DNA from: Pontiellaceae bacterium
GTDB taxonomy: Bacteria > Verrucomicrobiota > Kiritimatiellia > Kiritimatiellales > Pontiellaceae
Length of the DNA stretch: 64,000 nucleotides
Assembly (NCBI GenBank): GCA_045565965.1
Contig: JBJLEJ010000003.1
Coordinates: 47,949-111,948, forward strand
Direction of reading: 5' to 3'
Below the pieces are notes generated by a model that saw only the letters and a list, made by a program, of their open reading frames with translations, was not told the DNA's origin and searched no databases. This document shows positions 53,724 to 63,194 of this stretch, one piece after another. The position numbers and the translations under genes are program-made. Numbering within the stretch: the first letter of the stretch is position 1; the number at the start of each line of letters is the position of its first letter.

Positions 53724-55285
53724 AGAGATTTTTTTTGATCCTGATCTTAACAGTAACAACATTCATAGTAGTTGCCGAAAAACCGAATATTATAATAATT
53801 TTAGCAGATGATTTAGATGCAGATGAGATCAATTACACATCAGAGATGCATGATGTTTGGGCAACCCATACTGGAGCTAGTGTAAGAGGTCTATGGAGTA
53901 AAGATTGTAACCCAAGAGTCTTGACGCCACACATAGATTCTCTTGCGAAGAATGGAATGCTTTTTGAGCGATTTTACGTCAATGGAACGGTTTGTTCATC
54001 AAGTCGATATACTTTGTTGACAGGGCGCTATGCGACAAATGGTGAGGACTTACTGAGGGATTATCCTGTAGGCACTCATGCAACATTAGAATGGCGCCCG
54101 TGGATATTGCGTTCAGAATCTAGTTTGCCCAAAGAATTAAAGAGGCTGGGGTATACAACCGGCATAATCGGAAAATGGCATAATGGCGAATCAGATTTAT
54201 CGGAGAAATCGATTAGAAAAGCAATGAAGGTCGAGCGTAAAGCAAACCCTACGCTTGATGAGATGGAAGCAATAGAGAAGTCCATTAGTGAGCGATATGA
54301 GCTCCTCAGAGAAGGCTTGTTAAATGGATTCGGGTGGGATGTAGTGGATCGTATGGAGTGGGGTAATTCTATTGTTAATTTGGACTGGCAATGTGAGGGA
54401 GCCCTTAATTTTATTGAATCTAATCAATCAAGACCGTTTTTTCTATATTGTGCCTTACCAGTACCGCATGGGCAATATCGGTTCGATTACAACCAGATCG
54501 AATCGTATGATCGCAGTGTAACCTCAGCGGGCATTTTGGATACGAAAATGGAGTTATTGCCATCAGTTTCAAATATTTTGGAGCGGTGTAAAAAAGCCAA
54601 TGTTCCGCGGGTAAATGCAATGGCAACTCATATGGATGATTATATCGGTAAGATTATTATGAGTTTAGAAAAATTAGATCTTCGAGATAATACACTCATT
54701 ATATTTACAAGCGATCATGGTAGTCGCGGTAAAAATAGTGTTTACGAGGGGGGTGCAAAAGTCCCCATGATTATTACATGGCCAAAAGTTGTCGAGGCTG
54801 GATCGTTAAGTGATAGTTTAATAGGTAGCGTTGACATTGCATCAACTTTGCTGGAGATAGCAAGTGGATCAATTTTTGATAACCGAGGTATGGATGGACA
54901 TAGTTTCAAATGGCAATTGATTGGAGAAGATGAGCCTAATGATTGGCGGAAAACACTCCTTATTGAAGCTGGAAACACTAAAGGTGTAGTTTCTCGAGAT
55001 TGGAAGTATATTGCTAATCGGGTAACTAAAGAGGTTGCAGTTAAGATGAAGATGCGACCTCATGAAGTTTATTGGACTGGCTACGACCATCATAATTATC
55101 AGAATGAAAGTATGTATCCTACTTTCTGGGAGGCTGATCAGTTTTTTGATTTAAAAGAAGATTTATATGAACAGGATAACCTCATAAGTAACGTGCAGTA
55201 TTCAACATATGTAAGAATGATGAAGGATGAGCTTAGTTCACATGTTAAGGATCTTCCGCATACTTTCGGAGAATTTGGTAAATAA
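53720..55285 (+). CDS. Sulfatase (S1) with atypical CSSSR motif
   Basis: KPNIIIILADDL, CSSSRYTLLTGR, GKWH, SDHG. Confidence 0.92.
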   Translation: MKRFFLILILTVTTFIVVAEKPNIIIILADDLDADEINYTSEMHDVWATHTGASVRGLWSKDCNPRVLTPHIDSLAKNGMLFERFYVNGTVCSSSRYTLLTGRYATNGEDLLRDYPVGTHATLEWRPWILRSESSLPKELKRLGYTTGIIGKWHNGESDLSEKSIRKAMKVERKANPTLDEMEAIEKSISERYELLREGLLNGFGWDVVDRMEWGNSIVNLDWQCEGALNFIESNQSRPFFLYCALPVPHGQYRFDYNQIESYDRSVTSAGILDTKMELLPSVSNILERCKKANVPRVNAMATHMDDYIGKIIMSLEKLDLRDNTLIIFTSDHGSRGKNSVYEGGAKVPMIITWPKVVEAGSLSDSLIGSVDIASTLLEIASGSIFDNRGMDGHSFKWQLIGEDEPNDWRKTLLIEAGNTKGVVSRDWKYIANRVTKEVAVKMKMRPHEVYWTGYDHHNYQNESMYPTFWEADQFFDLKEDLYEQDNLISNVQYSTYVRMMKDELSSHVKDLPHTFGEFGK

Positions 55286-55289
55286 AAAA

Positions 55290-56801
55290 ATGAAATCTAA
55301 ATTCCGGCAAATTCTTTTCATTCTATCTCTATCCTTCACAGTTATGGCTGCTGATGAGGCTATGAATGTTCTATTCATCATTGTTGATGATTTGCGTCCT
55401 GAACTTGGTTGTTACGGTGTAAATTATATAAAAACTCCAAATATTGATAAGTTAGCTTCAAGTGGTGCTATATTTAAGAATGCATTTGTCCAACAAGCGG
55501 TATGCTCTGCCTCTCGCGCGAGTTTTTTAACCGGACTTCGTCCAGATTCAACAGGAAGTGATTATCCATATTCGATTTACACAGTTGAGAATCTTTTTGA
55601 AGGGGATCGCCCTTCAATTATGCGACATTTTATGAGGCAAGGTTATTATGTCCGAAGTATTGGTAAAATTCACCACGGATATAATGAAGACTTTTCTGAA
55701 AAGTCATTTAGTTCTGGTTATGGAACAAGGTATGCGGATACATCTGTGAATTATGCAGAAAAGGCTGAAAAAATACCATTTGAAAGAGGGTTAGTTGATG
55801 ACCGATACTATGATGATGGTAAAAATACAGTGGAAGCTATTTCAACTCTTCATCGAATGGCAAAACAAGATAAACCCTTTTTTTTAGCGATGGGATATTG
55901 GAAGCCTCATTTGCCTTGGAATGCACCTGCTAAATATTGGGATTTATATAATATTCAAGATATTCCCTTGGCACAAAATCCGCGACATCCGGAAAATTCA
56001 CCATTATTCTCCACTGATTATTGTAATCTTCAAAAATATAAACTTGAAGAATCACCCAATAATTTATTGGTTGGCGATCCAAGATATGCGCAGAAACTAA
56101 AACACGCTTATGCAGCTTGTGTTTCATATGTTGATGCTCAAATTGGTAAATTACTATATACATTAGAAGAACTTAATTTAGAAAATCGAACGATGGTTGT
56201 CTTAATTTCTGATCATGGTTGGCACTTAGGGGAACAAAATCATTGGGGAAAATCGACTAATTTTGAATACGCTACGAGAGCACCTCTAATTATCTCGGCT
56301 CCTGGAATTATTAAAAGACAAGAGATTGATGCATTAGTCGAGTATGTGGATATTTATCCAACAATATGTGATATTACCGGTATAGATCTTCCTGCTTATC
56401 TTGAAGGTATTAGTGTTCTTCCATTATTTTTGAACCCTAATCGAGAGTGGAAAAAAGCGGTTTTTAGCCAATATCCTCGTGGCTGGCCAAAAACAAAGTT
56501 TGAAGGGTATTCTATTCGGACGAAACGTTATAATTACATTCAATGGCGCGAACTTGATGGCACTTTCATATCACATGAACTTTACGATCATAAATATTAT
56601 TCATGTGAATCAGTCAATATAGTCGATGATCCTGGTTACGAAGATTTAATTGAAGATTTAAAGACGCAACTAGCTGCTGGATGGAAGAAGGCTTTGCCAG
56701 AGGATATCGTAAATTTGTCCTCAAATAATCTAGCACCTGATTTCTTGCCTTGGGGTAAAGAAGCCACTTTTGGGCCTCATGCAGCTAGAAAGAATAAATA
56801 G
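55290..56801 (+). CDS. Sulfatase, iduronate-2-sulfatase-like
   Basis: NVLFIIVDDLRP.LGCYG, CSASRASFLTG.RPD, GKIHH, KPHLPW.AP.KYWDLY, SDHGWHLGE. Confidence 0.93.
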   Translation: MKSKFRQILFILSLSFTVMAADEAMNVLFIIVDDLRPELGCYGVNYIKTPNIDKLASSGAIFKNAFVQQAVCSASRASFLTGLRPDSTGSDYPYSIYTVENLFEGDRPSIMRHFMRQGYYVRSIGKIHHGYNEDFSEKSFSSGYGTRYADTSVNYAEKAEKIPFERGLVDDRYYDDGKNTVEAISTLHRMAKQDKPFFLAMGYWKPHLPWNAPAKYWDLYNIQDIPLAQNPRHPENSPLFSTDYCNLQKYKLEESPNNLLVGDPRYAQKLKHAYAACVSYVDAQIGKLLYTLEELNLENRTMVVLISDHGWHLGEQNHWGKSTNFEYATRAPLIISAPGIIKRQEIDALVEYVDIYPTICDITGIDLPAYLEGISVLPLFLNPNREWKKAVFSQYPRGWPKTKFEGYSIRTKRYNYIQWRELDGTFISHELYDHKYYSCESVNIVDDPGYEDLIEDLKTQLAAGWKKALPEDIVNLSSNNLAPDFLPWGKEATFGPHAARKNK

Positions 56802-56802
56802 A

Positions 56803-58374
56803 ATGATGAATTTGAAATATTACTTTTTTTTACCATTTGTAGTTTGTCTTCATTTAGGTGTGTTTGCTCAACCTAAGAATGTACTTTTTATTGCGATCGA
56901 TGATTTGAAGCCAATGCTCGGTTCATATGGATATGAAAAAGCAATTACACCAAATATTGATAATCTTGCTGATGCAGGAACTGTCTTTTTAAATGCTCAT
57001 TGTCAACAGGCGTTGTGTGGGCCATCTCGTGTTAGTGTTTTAACTGGATTGTATCCAGATACAACGGGAATTTATGGCATGCAATATAAGATGCGGCAAA
57101 TTCATCCTAATATTCTCACATTACCACAATATTTTAAGAATATGGGTTATGTAACAATTGGAACGGGGAAAATATTTGACCCTCGGAATGTTGAAGATGA
57201 CTGGAATGGACCTCAAGACAAAATTTCTTGGACAAAATTTTTTGGAAATAATCCTTATAACACTTTGGTAGGAGGTCCAATTTATGGAGGTCATTATCAC
57301 GATTCTAATTTAAAAGAGTTATCTTTGACATTAGAAGAAGAGGGAAGAGAGAAAGGTTTAAGAGGAAAAGAGCTTAGATTTTATGTGCGTGATCATGGCG
57401 GAGGTCCAGCTACTGAGGCTATAGAAATTCCAGATGATGCATACAAAGATGGTGCAATAGCTAATCGTGGCATTCAGCAATTGGAACATCTAAAAGATGC
57501 GAAACAACCCTTCTTTTTAGCTCTCGGATTTTTAAAGCCGCATCTTCCATTCGTTGCACCAAAAAAATATTGGGATCTTTATGATCGAGATAGCTTAGAT
57601 TTGGCTACTCTTCAAAATTACCCAAAAGGAGCCCCATCTTTTGCAGAAACCGATTACATTGAGGCTCGAGGTTATAGTGGAGTTCCAAAACAAGGCGCAA
57701 TTTCAGAATCAACACAAAGAGAATTAATGCATGGTTATCTTGCATGCATTTCTTACATAGATGCTCAGATTGGCAAGGTGTTGGATAAATTAAGAGAAAC
57801 TGGCTTATATGATAATACGGTAATTGTTTTATGGGGAGATCATGGCTTTCATTTAGGTGATAAGCAAATTTGGGGGAAACATACCAACTATGAAGAGGCA
57901 ACTCGTTGTCCTCTTATTTTTGCTAATACTGGAGGGCCAAAAGGAGAGTCAAATCAACCAGTTAATCTAATTGATATATTTCCAACCTTGTGTGAAGTCG
58001 CAGGGATACAAATTCCGGAAGGATTGGACGGTGAGAGCTTAATGCCTATCATAAGAAATCCGCTGATTAAAACACATGATTTTGCTGCGAGTATATATCC
58101 CCGAAGTGGTTATTATGGGGTTGCGATTCGAACTGATAGGTATCGTTTTGTTGGCTGGTACAGGGGATGGAAAAAAGAGGGCCGAAATGGCGTGGAATTA
58201 GCAGAATCTCCATCTGTTTGTGAGCTTTATGATTATAATGTTGATCAGCCTGAGAAAAGTAATTTGGTAGATGACCCGAAATACTCGAAAGTTGCGAAAG
58301 AGTTATATTCATTCTTAGACACCCATGTGCGATATACTCAAAAAAAACAACTTACCTTAAATCATTATGAGTAA
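56803..58374 (+). CDS. Sulfatase, iduronate-2-sulfatase-like
   Basis: NVLFIAIDDLKP, CGPSRVSVLTG, GKIF, KPHLPF.APKKYWDLY, GDHGFHLG. Confidence 0.93.
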   Translation: MMNLKYYFFLPFVVCLHLGVFAQPKNVLFIAIDDLKPMLGSYGYEKAITPNIDNLADAGTVFLNAHCQQALCGPSRVSVLTGLYPDTTGIYGMQYKMRQIHPNILTLPQYFKNMGYVTIGTGKIFDPRNVEDDWNGPQDKISWTKFFGNNPYNTLVGGPIYGGHYHDSNLKELSLTLEEEGREKGLRGKELRFYVRDHGGGPATEAIEIPDDAYKDGAIANRGIQQLEHLKDAKQPFFLALGFLKPHLPFVAPKKYWDLYDRDSLDLATLQNYPKGAPSFAETDYIEARGYSGVPKQGAISESTQRELMHGYLACISYIDAQIGKVLDKLRETGLYDNTVIVLWGDHGFHLGDKQIWGKHTNYEEATRCPLIFANTGGPKGESNQPVNLIDIFPTLCEVAGIQIPEGLDGESLMPIIRNPLIKTHDFAASIYPRSGYYGVAIRTDRYRFVGWYRGWKKEGRNGVELAESPSVCELYDYNVDQPEKSNLVDDPKYSKVAKELYSFLDTHVRYTQKKQLTLNHYE

Positions 58375-60007
58375 ATATTTTCCTATGCAAATGCAAGTTG
58401 ATGCAGGGCAACTGCGTTATGAAGATGGAAGCGAAGTTGTCCTTTGGGGTAGTAATTTCCAGCCAAATTTATATTGGGAATATAAATTTCGAATGGAGCA
58501 TATGGGTATACCCATGACCTCTGAAGTAATGAAGTTGATGTGTGATGATGGATTTATGGATCTTAAAAAGATGGGGTTTGACGTTATTAGATGTCATTTA
58601 TCACCATCCGATTTTACTGATTCAGAAGGAAATCTTGTCGAGAATATGTGGTTAGATTTATTAGGGTATATGATTAGCGAAGCACGAAAAAATGACATCT
58701 ATGTATACATTACATTTATCAACCAAATGGAATATGGTTTTATTGAGAACTCTTTTCTTAATAGATATTCCCGTGAGGATTGGATCTTTAATTCCGAATG
58801 TGTGAAAAAAATAGAAAAGATGGTTCATCAACTTCTTAATTGGGCAAATCCGTATAACGGAATTCAATTCAAAACTGATAAGACAGTCTGTGTTTTGGAA
58901 TTAATAAATGAGCCTGAATACCTGACTTATGATCAGATGATAAATGATGATTTTTATAAGACAGAATTTTCTCTTTGGGTAGATCAAAACGGCGGGGCAT
59001 TCAATGACTATTATTTTTCTAAGTACCGTTACAGCAAAGTAAAACAGTTTATTAATTCGTTATATCAATTAATAAGAGAGGAAGGTGCAAGGCAGCCAGT
59101 TGTTTGGAACTGTAACTGGCCGCGTATGATTGATTCTCGACGCGATGTTTTCAGTGCAATTGCAGACTCACATGCAGAAGTCGTTTCCTTTTGCCTTTAT
59201 CCAGGTCAAGATGAAGTAGGCGACCCTTTTATGGAGAATCCGGCTGATACTAGTGGTAAAAATTATTTACCATTTCTAAAACATTGTTTTGATGATTATG
59301 ATCATTTGGGGTGGTTAAAATCAGAGGCATTTTCTAAAAAGGCGAAGTGTGTTTATGAATTTGAAACAATGTATAATAATACAAATTCTCATATCCATAC
59401 AGCAATGGCTAAATTATTTCGTGCACTTGGTGTACAGATTGCAGCGTCATGGACGCATTGTTTTAACGTGTATTCTTCTCACATGGGATGCGCCCATAAT
59501 CTAAATTTAAAAACAACACCAAAAAAGGCTGCAGGATTCATCGTAGCAAGTCGAGTTTTCAGGCTTCTTCCATGTAATTTTGAATTTAATTCATTAAATC
59601 TGGAAGGTGATATATCAGATCAATATGCCCTATCTTTTGATCATGATGTTTCTATGGTATGCTGTGGTGATGAGTTGGTGTATTCTGGGAATTTGGATTG
59701 GTGTCCCATTGATCTTCCTTCCTTGCCAAAAAAAATTATTGGCTATGGAGATTCACCATTCGTTACTTGTAACAGCACAGGCTTATATTTTATTGATGTT
59801 GGAAAAGATTCAGTCCAGGTTGAATTATTACCTCAAGCACAGTTTATCCGTGAAGCATGGCGGTGGCATGCAGATGGTGAACTTGTCACATATCTTGACA
59901 ATGAAAAATCTATCTCATTCTCTCTGAAATTACCTGGATGGCAGGATATTCTTTTAAAAGAAGTTCCAGGCCTATTTGAGATTCCTCTTGAACAACAACC
60001 AATTTAA
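58367..60007 (+). CDS. Putative clan GH-A (GH5-like) glycoside hydrolase, no signal peptide
   Basis: G.N, MGFDVIRCH, ELINEP (acid/base Glu) and VYEFE (nucleophile Glu) of a TIM-barrel GH-A fold. Confidence 0.65.
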   Translation: MSKYFPMQMQVDAGQLRYEDGSEVVLWGSNFQPNLYWEYKFRMEHMGIPMTSEVMKLMCDDGFMDLKKMGFDVIRCHLSPSDFTDSEGNLVENMWLDLLGYMISEARKNDIYVYITFINQMEYGFIENSFLNRYSREDWIFNSECVKKIEKMVHQLLNWANPYNGIQFKTDKTVCVLELINEPEYLTYDQMINDDFYKTEFSLWVDQNGGAFNDYYFSKYRYSKVKQFINSLYQLIREEGARQPVVWNCNWPRMIDSRRDVFSAIADSHAEVVSFCLYPGQDEVGDPFMENPADTSGKNYLPFLKHCFDDYDHLGWLKSEAFSKKAKCVYEFETMYNNTNSHIHTAMAKLFRALGVQIAASWTHCFNVYSSHMGCAHNLNLKTTPKKAAGFIVASRVFRLLPCNFEFNSLNLEGDISDQYALSFDHDVSMVCCGDELVYSGNLDWCPIDLPSLPKKIIGYGDSPFVTCNSTGLYFIDVGKDSVQVELLPQAQFIREAWRWHADGELVTYLDNEKSISFSLKLPGWQDILLKEVPGLFEIPLEQQPI

Positions 60008-60034
60008 ACTAAAAAAATTAGTTATGTATAACTT

Positions 60035-61444
60035 ATGATTAAAAGCAAACATCTTACTACCACTAGCGATCACATTCCTACAGGACGTAAAATTGCAGTC
60101 AGCGCTGGTGCATTTCCTGTGCAAAATGGGGGTTTAGTGGTGCAATATATGGCGCAGCCGATTTTTCAAATTTTTCTTGGGCTAAATCCTGCACTTTTTG
60201 GTTTAGCGATGACTATACCTAGGATATGGGATGCATTTACAGATCCCATAATGGGACGTTATTCAGATAGATATCAGTCAAAATGGGGACGCCGTAGACC
60301 ATTTATTTTTACAGGTGCGTTTTTAATGGCCATTTCTTTTTTTTCAATTTGGATGGTTCCGAAAAATTTATCTGAGATTGGTATTTTTCTATGGCTAGTT
60401 AGCACAAGTATTTTGTTTTTTACATCATACACAATTTATTCAGTGCCCTGTAATGCACTCGTCTATGAACAAACGCCTGATTATCATGAACGAACACGGC
60501 TGATGTTTTTTTGGGCACTTTTTTTCAATATAGGTAATCTCTGTGTAAATTGGTACGTGCCCTTAACTAATATGAGTATTTTCGAAAATACTCTAATCGG
60601 AGCTCGTTGGATTGCGTTAATTCTCGCTTTAATCGTTTTTATTGGAATGGGCGTTCTCCCCGCTTTTTTTGGCAAAGAAAGGTTTTATGAAATAGCTGAA
60701 AAGTCAGAAAAAAAGATAGGGTTCCTTAAAGCGATAAGGCAAGCGGCGTCATCAAAGCCAATGTTGGGATTAGTGGGAATCGTTTTTGCTTTAAACTTTT
60801 GTGGGACCATCGCGGGGAGCATCGCATTGTACATAGTAATATATTACGTGATGGGAGGTAATATAGAACAAGGTATTGTACTGAATGCGCTAAACGGAAC
60901 AGGATTTGCAATTGTTGGTTTCTTAGGCATTTTTGTTTTGCGCTGGCTTGCACTGCGTTACGGGAAGCGGCAGGCAATGTTTCTCGTATTATTGCTAACG
61001 ATATTTGGCGGGGTTTCAAAGTGGTTTATTTTTAATCCTAATATGCCAAATTTACTTTTGCTTGATGCTGTTTTAAATGGGCCAGTCTGGGTATCTCTCG
61101 GTGTAATTATACCATCCATGATAGCTGATCTATGTGATTGGGATGAATACAAATTTGGTGAGCGGCGGGAGGGTATAATTAGCTCTGTTTTTTCATGGAT
61201 AACTAAATTTGGAACTTCTTTTACATTTCTTGTTTCTGGGATTGCCTTACATTATAGTGGATTTGATGAGACGCTTGGCGTAGATCAGCCAGAGTATACG
61301 ATGAAACTTCTGAGAATATTTTTTGTTGGATCTTCCGTACTTGCTCCTGTCTTAGCAATTTGTTGTTTAAAATTATATTCAATCAATGAAGAGGATGCTT
61401 ATTCAATCCGTGCCGAACTTGAAGAACGACGTGGTCGAGTATAG
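60035..61444 (+). CDS. MFS glycoside-pentoside-hexuronide (MelB-like) symporter
   Basis: RIWDAFTDPIMG..SD...S.WGRRRPF, E.TPDY.ERT, ADLCD.DE...G.RREG; 12 TM. Confidence 0.93.
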   Translation: MIKSKHLTTTSDHIPTGRKIAVSAGAFPVQNGGLVVQYMAQPIFQIFLGLNPALFGLAMTIPRIWDAFTDPIMGRYSDRYQSKWGRRRPFIFTGAFLMAISFFSIWMVPKNLSEIGIFLWLVSTSILFFTSYTIYSVPCNALVYEQTPDYHERTRLMFFWALFFNIGNLCVNWYVPLTNMSIFENTLIGARWIALILALIVFIGMGVLPAFFGKERFYEIAEKSEKKIGFLKAIRQAASSKPMLGLVGIVFALNFCGTIAGSIALYIVIYYVMGGNIEQGIVLNALNGTGFAIVGFLGIFVLRWLALRYGKRQAMFLVLLLTIFGGVSKWFIFNPNMPNLLLLDAVLNGPVWVSLGVIIPSMIADLCDWDEYKFGERREGIISSVFSWITKFGTSFTFLVSGIALHYSGFDETLGVDQPEYTMKLLRIFFVGSSVLAPVLAICCLKLYSINEEDAYSIRAELEERRGRV

Positions 61445-61451
61445 GTTAAAA

Positions 61452-63194
61452 ATGATGCAAAAAGTTACATTCAAGCGTAATTTTGCACTCCAGTTCTCAG
61501 CCGTGACTTTTGTAATGGCATTATCTTTACAGCATGTAGAGGCAACCGAGAATTCTTTCCAAAAAATTCATTCAAAGGAGGGAGTTTTGTATTTTGAGGA
61601 TGGCAAAAAAGTTAATCTTTTTGGCTTTAATTTTCAGTCTTGTCTTAGTTGGGAGCATGGTGCACGTATGCATAATCAAGGGATTTTAATGCCCTTAAAG
61701 TCTCGTGATTTAAGACGCATAACCGACGAAAGTTTGGAAGAAATTAAGAAACTTGGTGCTGAATTAATACGTATTCATTTAATGCCTGCTGATTTCACTG
61801 ATTGTAATGGAAATCTTATAGATACAATCTGGTTAGATCATTTCATGTATGTAATGAAGGAGGCAAGAAACCGTGGACTGTATGTTTACCTAACATTACT
61901 TAACCACCTTAATCACGATGGAACTCAATTCCCTTATAATCCATCTTCATTTGCGGCTGATATTAAAAGGGAAGATTGGATGTTTGATGAATTAGCAATT
62001 AATGCTTCAAAAAATTATTTTCGAGGGCTCCTAAATATGAAAAACCCATATAATGGGTTAAGACTAAAAGAGCATTCGAATTTAGCTGTGATTGAACCAA
62101 TTAATGAACCAAAGTATTTGGATTATAAAAAATGGGCGCAATTAAATAATAATAATTGCTATGAGGCATATGAAGCAGCCGCTTATAAAAAAACACTGAG
62201 CTATATTAATCAGATGGTCCATTTATTACGAGAAGAAGGCCTATCACAACCTATTGTTTGGAACTGTGGATGGGCAAAACTTATTAAGGATAACAAAGCC
62301 TCATATCGTGGCATCGCGGATTCCGACGCTGACGCAATTTCTTTCTGTTTATATCCGGGCCAAAGTGATCTTAGATCACCTTTTTGGGAGAATACTGTTG
62401 ATTTGAGTGAACGTAATTATCTGCCCTATATTCAGAAATGTGCGGAGAATGAGGACTGGTTAGGATGGTTAAAGACAGACCTTTTTAAAGATAAAGCAAA
62501 ATTGGTATATGAGTATGAAACATTTTGTAATCAAAGTGGTTACTTATATCCAGCAATGGCTGAATTTTATCGTTCGGTGAATGTTCAAATTGCTGCTCAA
62601 TGGACATATGGGCTAACTAGTTACGCAGAATATCTTGGAGGGAGTCATGTTTTTAATTTAAAAACTACACCAAAAAAAGCCGCATCTTTTATGGTAGCCA
62701 AGCAACAATTTAAAGACGTGGATACAACATATTCACATGAGTCAAATTCAAGTGCTGTATTTAATGAAGGAAGTTTGATTTATTCAGGTAATATAGATAT
62801 TGAAGTGTCTGAGAATCCGGAAGTAATCATTGGATTAGGGAATTCTGCATATATTAATTATGAGGGTTCAGGGATTTATTTTATAGAGCAGGTCGAGAAT
62901 AGTGCTATTCATTTGGAAATTTTGCCAGATGCAGAGTTTATTAAGCCACATTGGAAAGAGCTCCATACGGGGGAACAGGTTGTCGCTTTAGATTATGAAT
63001 CCTCGAATCTTTTTAAATTTAAATATCTTGATAAGGGAAAATATTGGATATATCGCCGTGAAGCAAGCAAATGGAATCTTATCGAAGAACTGGAAGGTTT
63101 GGTAAGTTTTGAGGCAATTCCTGGAGAATACTTAATTGAGCGAGAAGCTCTTAACATTCATCGTAAGGTACTTGAAGAAGGTTGGGGTCATTAA
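61452..63194 (+). CDS. Putative clan GH-A (GH5-like) glycoside hydrolase, secreted paralog
   Basis: Signal peptide (..VEA), LIRIHL.P.DFTD..GNL, EPINEP, VYEYE; clearly paralogous to 58367-60007. Confidence 0.65.
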   Translation: MMQKVTFKRNFALQFSAVTFVMALSLQHVEATENSFQKIHSKEGVLYFEDGKKVNLFGFNFQSCLSWEHGARMHNQGILMPLKSRDLRRITDESLEEIKKLGAELIRIHLMPADFTDCNGNLIDTIWLDHFMYVMKEARNRGLYVYLTLLNHLNHDGTQFPYNPSSFAADIKREDWMFDELAINASKNYFRGLLNMKNPYNGLRLKEHSNLAVIEPINEPKYLDYKKWAQLNNNNCYEAYEAAAYKKTLSYINQMVHLLREEGLSQPIVWNCGWAKLIKDNKASYRGIADSDADAISFCLYPGQSDLRSPFWENTVDLSERNYLPYIQKCAENEDWLGWLKTDLFKDKAKLVYEYETFCNQSGYLYPAMAEFYRSVNVQIAAQWTYGLTSYAEYLGGSHVFNLKTTPKKAASFMVAKQQFKDVDTTYSHESNSSAVFNEGSLIYSGNIDIEVSENPEVIIGLGNSAYINYEGSGIYFIEQVENSAIHLEILPDAEFIKPHWKELHTGEQVVALDYESSNLFKFKYLDKGKYWIYRREASKWNLIEELEGLVSFEAIPGEYLIEREALNIHRKVLEEGWGH

